DNA of 35,914 nt from an uncultured Anaerolineaceae bacterium (lineage in GTDB: Bacteria; Chloroflexota; Anaerolineae; Anaerolineales; UBA4823): assembly GCA_964484335.1 (NCBI GenBank), contig CAZAGA010000001.1, positions 4,640 to 40,553 of the forward strand, written 5' to 3'. This document shows, piece by piece, positions 13,908-23,843 of the stretch (the stretch's first letter is position 1; every line of letters begins with the position of its first letter). The translations under genes were made by a program, and so were the position numbers. Below the pieces are notes generated by a model that was given only the letters and a program-made list of their open reading frames with translations, was not told the origin of the DNA and made no database searches.

Positions 13908-15614
13908 GTGACTGTCAATAGCAACCTTGCCCATACCCTTCTGCGCCTGGCACAGGAAAAACCTGAACAGGCGGCGGTTCGCCTGCTGTTTGCTCAGGCG
14001 CCCGAGGTGAGCTTGAGCTATCAGGAGCTGTGGGCACGCTCTGGAGCCTATGCGCAGGCCATGGCGCAGGCTGGTGTTACCCCTGGCGAGATCGTCATTC
14101 TTATTATGCAACACGGCCCGGACCTGGTGGCAGCATTTTTTGGCGCCTTGCTCCAGGGAGCAATTCCCTCGATCATGCCTTTCCTGACTGAAAAACTGCT
14201 CCCCGACCATTACCGACGCTCACTAGAAGCTTTATTCGAAATCACCCTCCCGGGTGGCGTCATCACCTACCCAGAATTCCTGGCTGAAATCCAAACGGCA
14301 GCCAGCCAGGCCAGCTCGATAAAGGCTATCCTGGTTTCGGATAAAATCCCGCCCGCCTACGACTTGAATCCCGACCATTTTCCAGGGCTGCAGCGCGGCC
14401 CTGATGAGATTGCTCTGTTACAACATTCTTCGGGTACCACGGGCCTACAGAAAGGCGTGGCGCTTTCACACCAGGCGATCCAGAATCAGATATCCAGTTA
14501 TGCGAATGCACTGCATTTGAGCAAAGAAGATGTTGTGGTGAGCTGGCTACCGCTATACCATGACATGGGACTGATCGCTGGCTTTATTCTGCCCATCCTG
14601 AGTGGGTTGCGTCTGGTGTTGCTTTCGCCTTTTGATTGGGTGCGCGCCCCGCAGAAACTGCTGCATGCAATCAGCGCCTACCAAGGCAGCCTATGCTGGC
14701 TGCCAAACTTTGCCTACAACTTCTGTGCACAAAAAATTCGGGCGCGTGACCTGGAAGGGGTCAACCTTTCCAGCCTGCGGGCAGTGATCAACTGCTCAGA
14801 GCCGATGTCGTGGAAGAGCCAGCAGATGTTCCTGGAGCGCTTCCAGCCGTATGGGCTACGCCCGGAGGCGCTGGCAACCTGCTATGCAATGGCTGAGAAC
14901 GTCTTTGCAGTAACACAAGGCGGGATTGACACACCCGTTTTAGTCGATGTGATCGACGCCGCTGCCTTTTCCCAGCGCCATACCGCCAGGCCGGTTAAGC
15001 AGGCTGTTCCATTGGATGCGCCTGGGTCGCTCAAGATGCTCTCGGCTGGACGACCGATCGCGAATACCCAGGTTCGGGTAATCGGAAAACATGGCCAGGA
15101 TCTTCCCGAACGACAAGTCGGCGAGATTGTCCTACAGAGCAATTGCATGTTGACCAGTTACTACCATCGCCCCGATTTAACCCAAGAGACTTTCATCGAT
15201 GGCTGGTATCTAACTGGCGACCTGGGTTACCTGGCGAATGGAGAACTATATGTCACCGGCCGAAAAAAGGATTTGATCATCGTCGGTGGAAAAAACGTTT
15301 ACCCGGCTGATATTGAACGGCTGGCCAGCGAAGTCAAGGGAGTCCATCCCGGCCGTGTAGTGGCCTTTGGGGTGTATGATGAACAGCAAGGCACGGAAGA
15401 AGTAGCCCTGGTAGTTGAGCTAGAACAATTCGAGCAATTAAATGAAGTGGAGCAGGAGCAGATTCAACTCCAAATCCGGCAACATGTAAGCCAGGGGTCG
15501 GATGTCGTTGTTAGGAGGATACAAGTAGTAGGAAAAAACTGGCTGCAAAAAACCAGCAGCGGTAAGATCGCTCGCAGCGCTAATCGAGAGAAATACCTGG
15601 CTGAAATTACTTAA
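13908..15614 (+). CDS. AMP-forming adenylating enzyme, fatty-acyl-AMP ligase (FAAL)-like
   Basis: 568 aa with a GTG start. Motifs: LLQHSSGTTGLQKGVALSH (AMP-binding core), WLPLYHDMGL, NLSSLRAVINCSEPMS, GDLGYLANGELYVTGRKKDLIIVGGKNVYPADIE and SSGKIAR. The overall pattern resembles FAAL/acyl-ACP ligases more than DltA. Confidence 0.88.
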   Translation: MTVNSNLAHTLLRLAQEKPEQAAVRLLFAQAPEVSLSYQELWARSGAYAQAMAQAGVTPGEIVILIMQHGPDLVAAFFGALLQGAIPSIMPFLTEKLLPDHYRRSLEALFEITLPGGVITYPEFLAEIQTAASQASSIKAILVSDKIPPAYDLNPDHFPGLQRGPDEIALLQHSSGTTGLQKGVALSHQAIQNQISSYANALHLSKEDVVVSWLPLYHDMGLIAGFILPILSGLRLVLLSPFDWVRAPQKLLHAISAYQGSLCWLPNFAYNFCAQKIRARDLEGVNLSSLRAVINCSEPMSWKSQQMFLERFQPYGLRPEALATCYAMAENVFAVTQGGIDTPVLVDVIDAAAFSQRHTARPVKQAVPLDAPGSLKMLSAGRPIANTQVRVIGKHGQDLPERQVGEIVLQSNCMLTSYYHRPDLTQETFIDGWYLTGDLGYLANGELYVTGRKKDLIIVGGKNVYPADIERLASEVKGVHPGRVVAFGVYDEQQGTEEVALVVELEQFEQLNEVEQEQIQLQIRQHVSQGSDVVVRRIQVVGKNWLQKTSSGKIARSANREKYLAEIT

Positions 15615-17868
15615 CCCGCGGGCGCCAGGCCGGATCGAAATCGAAACTTGCATCGTTGGTCAAGTCTCGCCGCGAAGCGCCATTGCTGGTCATAATGGTT
15701 ATCTCGTGGTTTTCCCCGGTTGGCCAGCTCTCAAACACGAGCCAGATGCCATCTGGAGAAAATTGAGCTTCGCGCATCGGCACCGGCCCCAGCAATAATG
15801 GAAATTCAATTTGCTCCTGAGTTTTTTCGAGGTTCACCGCAATCAAGGTTGGCGGCTTGCCCTGCAATGGATAACGGGTAAATAAGATCGACTTGCCATC
15901 CGGCGACCATGCCGGGTGGACATCTGAAGCTGCTTTTGGCTCTTCCAGAAGTGGGGTGCGGTTACCTTGGGTATCCAAAATCATTATTCGTCCCAGGGTT
16001 TGTTCTTCCACATATACCAACCGGGATCCATCTGGTGACCAAGCTGGATTGTAACTCCGGATGAATAACGGCGTCACCACACGAACTGACTTGTCAGCCA
16101 TTTCCATGATAAATATCCGTGGGCTAGCAGTGTCGCGTTCCGAGGTAAAGGCGATCTTTGTACCATCGGGCGACCACGCCGGGTCATAATCGCCGCCATA
16201 AGTGGTAGGAAGCGGGATGACTTCGATCTGCTCAACGTCAACATCTGGGATCAAGAATAAGGCTGAACCAGAATAGGATTCCTTATTCCGTTCACAAGGT
16301 GAGACGAAAACCAACTGTCTGCCATCCGGTGCCCAGGCTGGCTGGCAAGCACCTTCGGGGATATTGGTCAACTGGCGTGGCTGTGTCCCTTCCGTGGTCA
16401 TCAACCAAATTTGTGGGAAGCGAGTTCCACGCGCGGCAGCAAAGGCAATCTGTCCACCGCTGTCGCCCATCGCGGTAGGCATAGGCGTGAGAGTTGGTGT
16501 TGGCGTAGATGTCGATGTACTGGTGGCGGTTGCAGTTGAGGTGGGAGAGCTCGTCGGGGTTAGCGAGGGAGTCAGGGTAGCCATCAAGGTTGGTGCGAGG
16601 GTCAGCGTTGGGGTCTGGCTGCCCTGTGGCAAGGGGGCAACAACCGCTTGCGTTGCATCGGGCGTGGCTGGGCTGGGCGTTAAGTTATCTGCCTCAAACG
16701 GTGGGATCAGGTTGAAGTTCTCAAAGATCTTGATCAGGGCGCTTTTTGAGATCGTCGGGTTGATCGTATAAAAACTAACCGCAAACACAGTGATCGCTAC
16801 AACAAACAGGGAAAGGAGCCAAAAACGGAGCAGATTTTCACGCCGTTTCTTAGCTATGACAGCCGGCTTTTCGACAGGCAGCAGGCCTTGCATGATCAAC
16901 TGTGGGGCCGGCTGCCCAGCCGGGCGAGGAAGCTTGGCGGACACATCCGGTGGTACCAGGGCATGATCGCCGGGCAATGGTTTATCTGCCACTCCAGGCG
17001 GAGGCGCAACTACGTATTCATCCAAATTCCGCTGGGAGGGCGTACCCGAATTTAATAAGGCTTGCTTGAAATCTTCTGCTGTCTGATAACGCCCATCTGG
17101 CCGGATGTCCAGCGAGCGCTCGATCACCGATGCCAAGCGGCGTGAGACCCGGCTATTATGCCGGCGAACGGGCGTCAGATCGACGTGATCGACCGCCCGG
17201 CTCAAAGCATCCTCGGGGATCATCCCAGTCAGGGCAGCGTAAAGGGTTGCGCCAAGCGAATAAATATCAGAGCGCTGATCCGTGCGGGCTGAACCATATT
17301 GTTCTGGAGGTGAGTAACCGGGGGTCATCGCCCGAGCTCCGGTCGTGGTCGTCTGGTGGGTTTTCAGGTCTTTGGCCAGCCCAAAATCGACCAGGTAGAT
17401 ATGACCCTGGGGCGTGATCCGGACATTACCAGGCTTGATATCCCGGTGAACCACCGGCGGATTGCAGGAGGCCAGATAAGAGAGTGCATCGCAGATCGCA
17501 GCGCCAATAATAATGACTTCATCATCCCCCAAAATACCGACCCGGTCCATCCGCTGACGGAGATCTTCCCCCTCAATATAATCCATCACCAGGTATTGGC
17601 CCTGTCCGTCGATCACAAAGTGATCGGTTACACGCGGCAGGTTCGGGTGGCGCAGCGTCGCCAGCAAGACAGCTTCACGGCGAAACTGGCGCGCATAATC
17701 GTCGGTCGTAAACAGGTTATCCTTGACCGCTACTTCCACACCCAGGTTTTCGTCAATCGCCTTATAAACCGACCCCATTCCCCCCTGGCCAAGGATTTCG
17801 ACGATCCGGTAGCGATTATTGAGCAGCGCACCTCGTTCGAGTAACAAATGATAGCATCCGTCTTGCAA
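15607..17868 (-). CDS. Hanks-type Ser/Thr protein kinase with TM segment, Thr/Pro/Ser linker and C-terminal TolB-like (PD40) beta-propeller
   Basis: GQGGMGSVYKA, VAVKD, VVHRDIKPGNV, DFGLA and SPPEQ, then a TM helix (FWLLSLFVVAITVFAVSFY). A low-complexity TPT/STS linker follows. The C-terminal part has repeated D/PAWSPDG blades (PAWAPDGRQLVF, PAWSPDGTKIAF, PAWSPDGSRLVY, PAWSPDGKSILF, FSPDGIWLVF). TTG start, exact start uncertain. The 3' end overlaps the convergent FAAL gene by 8 nt. Confidence 0.85.
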   Translation of the reverse strand: MQDGCYHLLLERGALLNNRYRIVEILGQGGMGSVYKAIDENLGVEVAVKDNLFTTDDYARQFRREAVLLATLRHPNLPRVTDHFVIDGQGQYLVMDYIEGEDLRQRMDRVGILGDDEVIIIGAAICDALSYLASCNPPVVHRDIKPGNVRITPQGHIYLVDFGLAKDLKTHQTTTTGARAMTPGYSPPEQYGSARTDQRSDIYSLGATLYAALTGMIPEDALSRAVDHVDLTPVRRHNSRVSRRLASVIERSLDIRPDGRYQTAEDFKQALLNSGTPSQRNLDEYVVAPPPGVADKPLPGDHALVPPDVSAKLPRPAGQPAPQLIMQGLLPVEKPAVIAKKRRENLLRFWLLSLFVVAITVFAVSFYTINPTISKSALIKIFENFNLIPPFEADNLTPSPATPDATQAVVAPLPQGSQTPTLTLAPTLMATLTPSLTPTSSPTSTATATSTSTSTPTPTLTPMPTAMGDSGGQIAFAAARGTRFPQIWLMTTEGTQPRQLTNIPEGACQPAWAPDGRQLVFVSPCERNKESYSGSALFLIPDVDVEQIEVIPLPTTYGGDYDPAWSPDGTKIAFTSERDTASPRIFIMEMADKSVRVVTPLFIRSYNPAWSPDGSRLVYVEEQTLGRIMILDTQGNRTPLLEEPKAASDVHPAWSPDGKSILFTRYPLQGKPPTLIAVNLEKTQEQIEFPLLLGPVPMREAQFSPDGIWLVFESWPTGENHEITIMTSNGASRRDLTNDASFDFDPAWRPRVK

Positions 17869-17903
17869 AGATAGTCCGGTAAACCCGCTGGTTGATCAAG
17901 CAA

Positions 17904-19847
<1,944 letters not shown>

Positions 19848-19867
19848 CTACCGGTCCCAACGCGGAA

Positions 19868-20857
19868 TTATGAATTCGAAGTAAACTGCTGGATCCGTCC
19901 TTGAACGTACATCCCAGCATCACGATAATAGATAAAAAACGCAGCTAATAGACTAACCGCAATAAAAGCATGCCCGACCACCCCTACCAAAGCAAACCAA
20001 GAGTTGTCAGGCGGGATGTTCCAGAGAAGATCCAAACCCTGGCTGAAGACCATGATAATTAACACAAATAAGAAAGTGTTCGGCGTGGTCCAGCGCGCCA
20101 GCCGGGCGCCGCGCCTTACAGAAGCCCACATACTATCATGGTGGACAAATATGCCAAACGGTGCAAAAATTAATGGGAATAGCAGCCAGATAACAATAAC
20201 AGCATATACCAACAGCCCGGCACGCCCAAAACTTCCTGCACTGGCAAGGGATGGCAGGATGCAGCTCAATGGAATGCTTACAGCAATCATCAAAGTTAAA
20301 CCAAACAGGCTGAGTTGGACCACCTGTCTGAATTGCGAGACTACCTGTCCTAACAACGAGTTGCCGGTTTCAACTTTCGGCAACACCGTCCGAGAAACCA
20401 ACCAGAAATAGGCTGTGGCGAGCAGCAAGCCCATCAGGGTCAGCCCCAGCCAGGCAAGAAAAGCTGCCCCAAAAGAAGTGATCTCAATCACATGCGGCTG
20501 TCCCAGGGGATTATCCACCGGCCCACGGCCGGTCATCAGACTGGCAACCCCGATCGGGAAAGTCCGCAGCGTGCTCATGAGGTTGAAACGATCGACAAAG
20601 GGCTGGAGCAATTCTGTACTGGCGCGCGTAAATTCTGCCAACTGTCCGGTCTGCAAACTGGCTGCCCGAAGAGTAACATCCAGATAGGCTCTAATCAACT
20701 GGGACAGGCGGAACTGGGGACCAAACCAAAGCAGAAGATCCAGGACAATCGGAAATAACAGTAGCGCCATGTGATTGGCAACAGTGTCAAAACCTGCCAA
20801 GAGCGCTTTTAGCCAATTTGGCGGCGCCGGAACCAGCTTGGAATTAACAACATTCAT
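19868..20857 (-). CDS. Polytopic membrane protein, unknown function
   Basis: 329 aa with about 7 hydrophobic helices and no recognisable catalytic motif. It lies upstream of and co-directional with gyrB (44-nt gap). Confidence 0.6.
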   Translation of the reverse strand: MNVVNSKLVPAPPNWLKALLAGFDTVANHMALLLFPIVLDLLLWFGPQFRLSQLIRAYLDVTLRAASLQTGQLAEFTRASTELLQPFVDRFNLMSTLRTFPIGVASLMTGRGPVDNPLGQPHVIEITSFGAAFLAWLGLTLMGLLLATAYFWLVSRTVLPKVETGNSLLGQVVSQFRQVVQLSLFGLTLMIAVSIPLSCILPSLASAGSFGRAGLLVYAVIVIWLLFPLIFAPFGIFVHHDSMWASVRRGARLARWTTPNTFLFVLIIMVFSQGLDLLWNIPPDNSWFALVGVVGHAFIAVSLLAAFFIYYRDAGMYVQGRIQQFTSNS

Positions 20858-20859
20858 AG

Positions 20860-20875
20860 ATTATAAATTTTACCA
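20860..20875 (-). promoter_or_regulatory. Candidate extended -10 promoter (TGgTAAAAT / TATAAT) giving a leaderless or near-leaderless transcript for the 19868-20857 gene
   Basis: Minus strand reads ctgtaTGgTAAAATtTATAATctATG. TAAAAT ends 9 nt before the ATG and TATAAT ends 2 nt before it. No Shine-Dalgarno. Confidence 0.3.
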
Positions 20876-21032
20876 TACAGGTGAAAGCCGCGCCCGAGAT
20901 CGCCGAATCAAAATATAATTTGAAATTTATTACCTTTATGCAATTTTATTAATCCTGTCAGACAGAATTTCTGCACAATTCCCATCTTTGTGAAATTGTT
21001 CGCAAAATATAGAGAAGAAATTTGGTATACTA

Positions 21033-21062
21033 TTGACAAACCATCACATAATCGACTAAGAT
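21033..21062 (+). promoter_or_regulatory. Candidate sigma-70 promoter (TTGACA-18 nt-TAAGAT, overlapping GATATAAT) facing the liv operon
   Basis: tatTTGACAaaccatcacataatcgacTAAGATataat lies inside the AT-rich region. It would give a 5' leader of about 270 nt. Confidence 0.35.
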
Positions 21063-21340
21063 ATAATTTATTAATTTCCAATCAAACTCAGAGAATATAA
21101 TAAAAAATTATGTTCAGGTTCTCTGAGCCAAGCCAGCTTTTCGATAATCTTAAGGTGATCGGATCCAGTTTATAGCAAATACGTTGCTGGATAGTAAGGT
21201 TGCAACCCCGTAACCGAATTGGTGTAAAAAGGAGGTGGTTATCTGGATAATGATTCTAAAAGCAGAAAGACCCCAACCTGGCGAGGCCGTGAATGAACGG
21301 CCCTAAAGTACCCAACACACAATCCAAGAGGAGATAGAAG

Positions 21341-22576
21341 ATGAAATTCAGCAAGATCCTACCGTTATTGCTCGTCGTCGTTATGCTGCTCTCAGCATGC
21401 GGTGGCGCAGCCACTGAAGCTCCTGCGGCCGAAGCCCCCGCTGCAGAAGCCCCCGCTGCAGAAGCCCCCGCTGCAGAAGCGCCCGCTGCAGAAGCGCCCG
21501 CTGGCACCATTAAAGTCGCTCTGCTCGCCCCGCTGACCGGCTCCGTGCCTACCTTTGGTCAATCAACCAAGGAAGGTGTTGAACTGGCAGTCAAGGAATG
21601 GAACGATAAAGGCGGTCTACTCGGCAAGCAAATCGAGTTAATCGTTGAAGACAGCCAGTGCGAAGCAGATCCAGGCGTCAACGCCGCCAACAAGGTCATC
21701 AACCAGGACCGCGTCAAGTACATCATTGGCGAAGTCTGCTCCAAGTCTTCAATCCCGATCTCGGAAGTCGCCAATCCTGCCGGCGTAATCCAGATCAGCC
21801 CGACCTCTACTAACCCATCCCTAACCGTGGCTGGCGATGGCACTACCAAGGATTATATCTTCCGCGCCTGCTTCATCGACCCGTTCCAGGGGTTGGTAAT
21901 GGCCAAGTTTGCCGGCGAGAAGGGTTATAAGACTGCCTTCTTGATGTACGACCAGGGTAATGACTATACCGTCGGCCTGGCCGAAGCGTTTGAGAAAGCC
22001 TTCACTGAATTGGGTGGCCAGGTGCTCGGCAAAGAGACCTATGTCAGCACCGACACCGACTTCTCGGCGATCCTGACCAAAGCCAAGGACAGCGGCGCTG
22101 AAATACTTTACCTGCCTGACTATTACAATATCGTCAACCTGGTCGGCGCACAGGCAAAGCAGTTGGGCGTGACCGCAGTGATGATGGGTGGTGATGGTTG
22201 GGATTCTTCCGACCTGGATGTTGCAGCGGCCGAGGGTGGCTTCTATTCCAACCACTACGACGCTAGCGATCCTCGCCCCGAAGTTAGCGCCTGGCTCGAG
22301 CGCTATGGCGCTGCCTACAAGAACGAAGATGGCAGCCCCAAGGTTCCCGACGCCCTGGCAACCCTGGGCTACGATGCAGCCAACATCCTGTTCCAGGCGA
22401 TCCAGGCTGCTGGTACAGAAGACACTGCAGCAGTGAAAACTGCACTGGAATCTGGCACCTTCCCGGTAGTTTCCGGCACCGTCAAGTATGACGCCTCCCA
22501 CAACCCAATCAAGAATGCGGTTGTCGTCGGTGTGGCTGGCGGCGCAAAGGCAGCCGTTGGTTCGGTTGCTCCGTAA
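21341..22576 (+). CDS. livJ: Branched-chain/hydrophobic amino-acid ABC transporter substrate-binding lipoprotein (LivJ/LivK family)
   Basis: 411 aa with lipobox MLLSAC and an (EAPAA)n linker. The Peripla_BP_6-type core reads IKVALLAPLTGSVPTFGQSTKEGVELAVKEWNDKGGLLGKQIELIVEDSQCE. A gaggag Shine-Dalgarno lies upstream. Confidence 0.9.
   Translation: MKFSKILPLLLVVVMLLSACGGAATEAPAAEAPAAEAPAAEAPAAEAPAAEAPAGTIKVALLAPLTGSVPTFGQSTKEGVELAVKEWNDKGGLLGKQIELIVEDSQCEADPGVNAANKVINQDRVKYIIGEVCSKSSIPISEVANPAGVIQISPTSTNPSLTVAGDGTTKDYIFRACFIDPFQGLVMAKFAGEKGYKTAFLMYDQGNDYTVGLAEAFEKAFTELGGQVLGKETYVSTDTDFSAILTKAKDSGAEILYLPDYYNIVNLVGAQAKQLGVTAVMMGGDGWDSSDLDVAAAEGGFYSNHYDASDPRPEVSAWLERYGAAYKNEDGSPKVPDALATLGYDAANILFQAIQAAGTEDTAAVKTALESGTFPVVSGTVKYDASHNPIKNAVVVGVAGGAKAAVGSVAP
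21416..21505 (+). repeat. Six tandem copies of a 15-bp unit (gaagcNccNgcNgcN) encoding (EAPAA)n
   Basis: Units start at 21416, 21431, 21446, 21461, 21476 and 21491. The three central units are identical (gaagcccccgctgca). In-frame within the lipoprotein linker. Confidence 0.9.
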
Positions 22577-22592
22577 TCGACCACGATCTTTT

Positions 22593-22625
22593 GGGGGCGG
22601 CCTCTAGGGCCGCCCCCCTTTCTTC
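22593..22625 (+). terminator. GC-rich stem-loop with T-rich tail after the binding-protein gene (terminator/attenuator)
   Basis: gggggcggcc-tctag-ggccgccccc followed by cctttcttcc. It begins 17 nt after the stop at 22576. Confidence 0.55.
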
Positions 22626-22700
22626 CTGACCACGAATCGAAGAATTTCGCGGGTGCAAAGCAACCGCGAAATCATTTTGAAAAATCACACCGAGGTGATT

Positions 22701-23831
22701 ATGAGAGCTACGGCTGCTGCAACCCCTCGAACGTCCTTCTTTGAGACAGTGATCCGCAAGCGCTGGATCGGACGGATATTCCTGCTCCTCATCGCAATCT
22801 TTGCGCTTATTTTCCTGATTATTAACCCTATTCGCGACAATTGGATCCTGTTCACCCAACAGGTAGTCAATGGCCTGCAATTAGGTTTTGTGTATGCCCT
22901 AATTGCCCTGGGCTACACCATGGTTTATGGCATCGTGCGCTTGATCAACTTCGCCCACGGCGACGTATTCATGGTGGGCGCTTTCACCAGCTTTTTCGCA
23001 ATTGCCCGTTTTGGCTTGAATACCTGGCCAAGCAAGCTTTTCCCGTCGATCCCCGAATGGTTAAGCATCCTGATTGGCGTGACAACGGTAATCTTGCTTT
23101 CAATGGTCACCTGCGCTGTGCTGGCTTTCATCATCGAACGGATTGCCTACAAACCCTTGCGCACTGCCCCGCGGATTTCCGCCCTGATCACAGCCATCGG
23201 CGTATCCTTCTTCCTGGAATACTTCGGCGCTCTGCCATTTGTCTATACATCGAACTTCGTGACCTATAAACGGCCATTCCCGGTGCAAACCTGGGCAATC
23301 AGCGGGGAGGGACTAACCAGAGTCTCAGCAGCGACTCCAGCTCCGGACAACTCAATCTTGATTACCAACATTATGGTGATCATTATCATTGTCTCGATCC
23401 TGCTGGTGCTGCTGCTCAACTACATTGTCCGCCAAACCCGGATCGGTAAAGCCATGCGCGCTTCCGCGTACGACAAACCCACTTCACGATTGATGGGTAT
23501 CAACGTGGATGGCGTTATCTCGATCACCTTTGCGATCGGCGCCTCGCTGGCTGGTGCGGCCGGGGTGCTTTTCGCCACCGCCTACAACCAAGTTTACTTC
23601 GTCATGGGCATCCTGCCTGGCTTGAAAGCTTTCGTTGCGGCGGTGTTAGGTGGGATTGGCAGTATTCCTGGAGCGTTAATCGGCGCTTTGATCATCGGTC
23701 AGGCTGAAAACCTGAGCGCTGCATATATTTCGTCTCCAATGCGCGATGCAGTCGCCTTCACCATCCTGGTGCTGGTGCTATTGGTCCGGCCAACCGGCAT
23801 TTTCGGCGAGCCTACCACTGAGAAAGCATAA
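22701..23831 (+). CDS. livH: Branched-chain amino-acid ABC transporter permease (LivH-like)
   Basis: QQVVNGLQLGFVYALIALGYTMVYGIVRLINFAHGDVFMVGAF is the LivH signature. The ATG at 22701 follows a gaggtga Shine-Dalgarno, and I prefer it to the track start at 22653. Confidence 0.85.
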   Translation: MRATAAATPRTSFFETVIRKRWIGRIFLLLIAIFALIFLIINPIRDNWILFTQQVVNGLQLGFVYALIALGYTMVYGIVRLINFAHGDVFMVGAFTSFFAIARFGLNTWPSKLFPSIPEWLSILIGVTTVILLSMVTCAVLAFIIERIAYKPLRTAPRISALITAIGVSFFLEYFGALPFVYTSNFVTYKRPFPVQTWAISGEGLTRVSAATPAPDNSILITNIMVIIIIVSILLVLLLNYIVRQTRIGKAMRASAYDKPTSRLMGINVDGVISITFAIGASLAGAAGVLFATAYNQVYFVMGILPGLKAFVAAVLGGIGSIPGALIGALIIGQAENLSAAYISSPMRDAVAFTILVLVLLVRPTGIFGEPTTEKA

Positions 23832-23843
23832 GCGGAGCAGCAT

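Noticed and set aside
17356-17844. 162-aa plus-strand ORF, plus the 135-aa ORF at 16364-16771 with VGV repeats
   Set aside because: Both are antisense shadows of the kinase gene. The VGV repeats mirror the T/P/S linker.
21250-21306. Possible 18-aa leader peptide (MILKAERPQPGEAVNERP) after a strong aaaggagg sequence in the liv leader
   Set aside because: The spacing from GGAGG to the ATG is about 14 nt. The peptide has no run of regulatory (Leu/Ile/Val) codons and no terminator/antiterminator pair could be defined. I keep it only as part of the leader observation.
20858-21340. Possible chromosomal replication origin (an AT-rich stretch near gyrB, in a window that also holds rpmH/rnpA/yidC)
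   Set aside because: I could find no cluster of DnaA-box-like 9-mers. Only weak 6/9 matches occur, such as ttatctgga at about 21239. No dnaA or dnaN gene is adjacent. The AT-richness is adequately explained by divergent promoters.
21416-21505. CRISPR-like repeat array
   Set aside because: The units are contiguous 15-bp repeats without spacers, in frame inside a coding sequence. This is a coding tandem repeat, not a CRISPR array.
21256-21510. 84-aa minus-strand ORF with (AAGAS)n
   Set aside because: It is an antisense shadow of the (EAPAA)n tandem repeat inside the liv binding-protein gene. It is low-complexity, has no Shine-Dalgarno and overlaps a well-supported gene.
21821-22501. 226-aa minus-strand ORF
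   Set aside because: It is fully antisense to the well-supported LivJ-like gene. It has no recognisable motifs and shows the typical GC-rich frame shadow.
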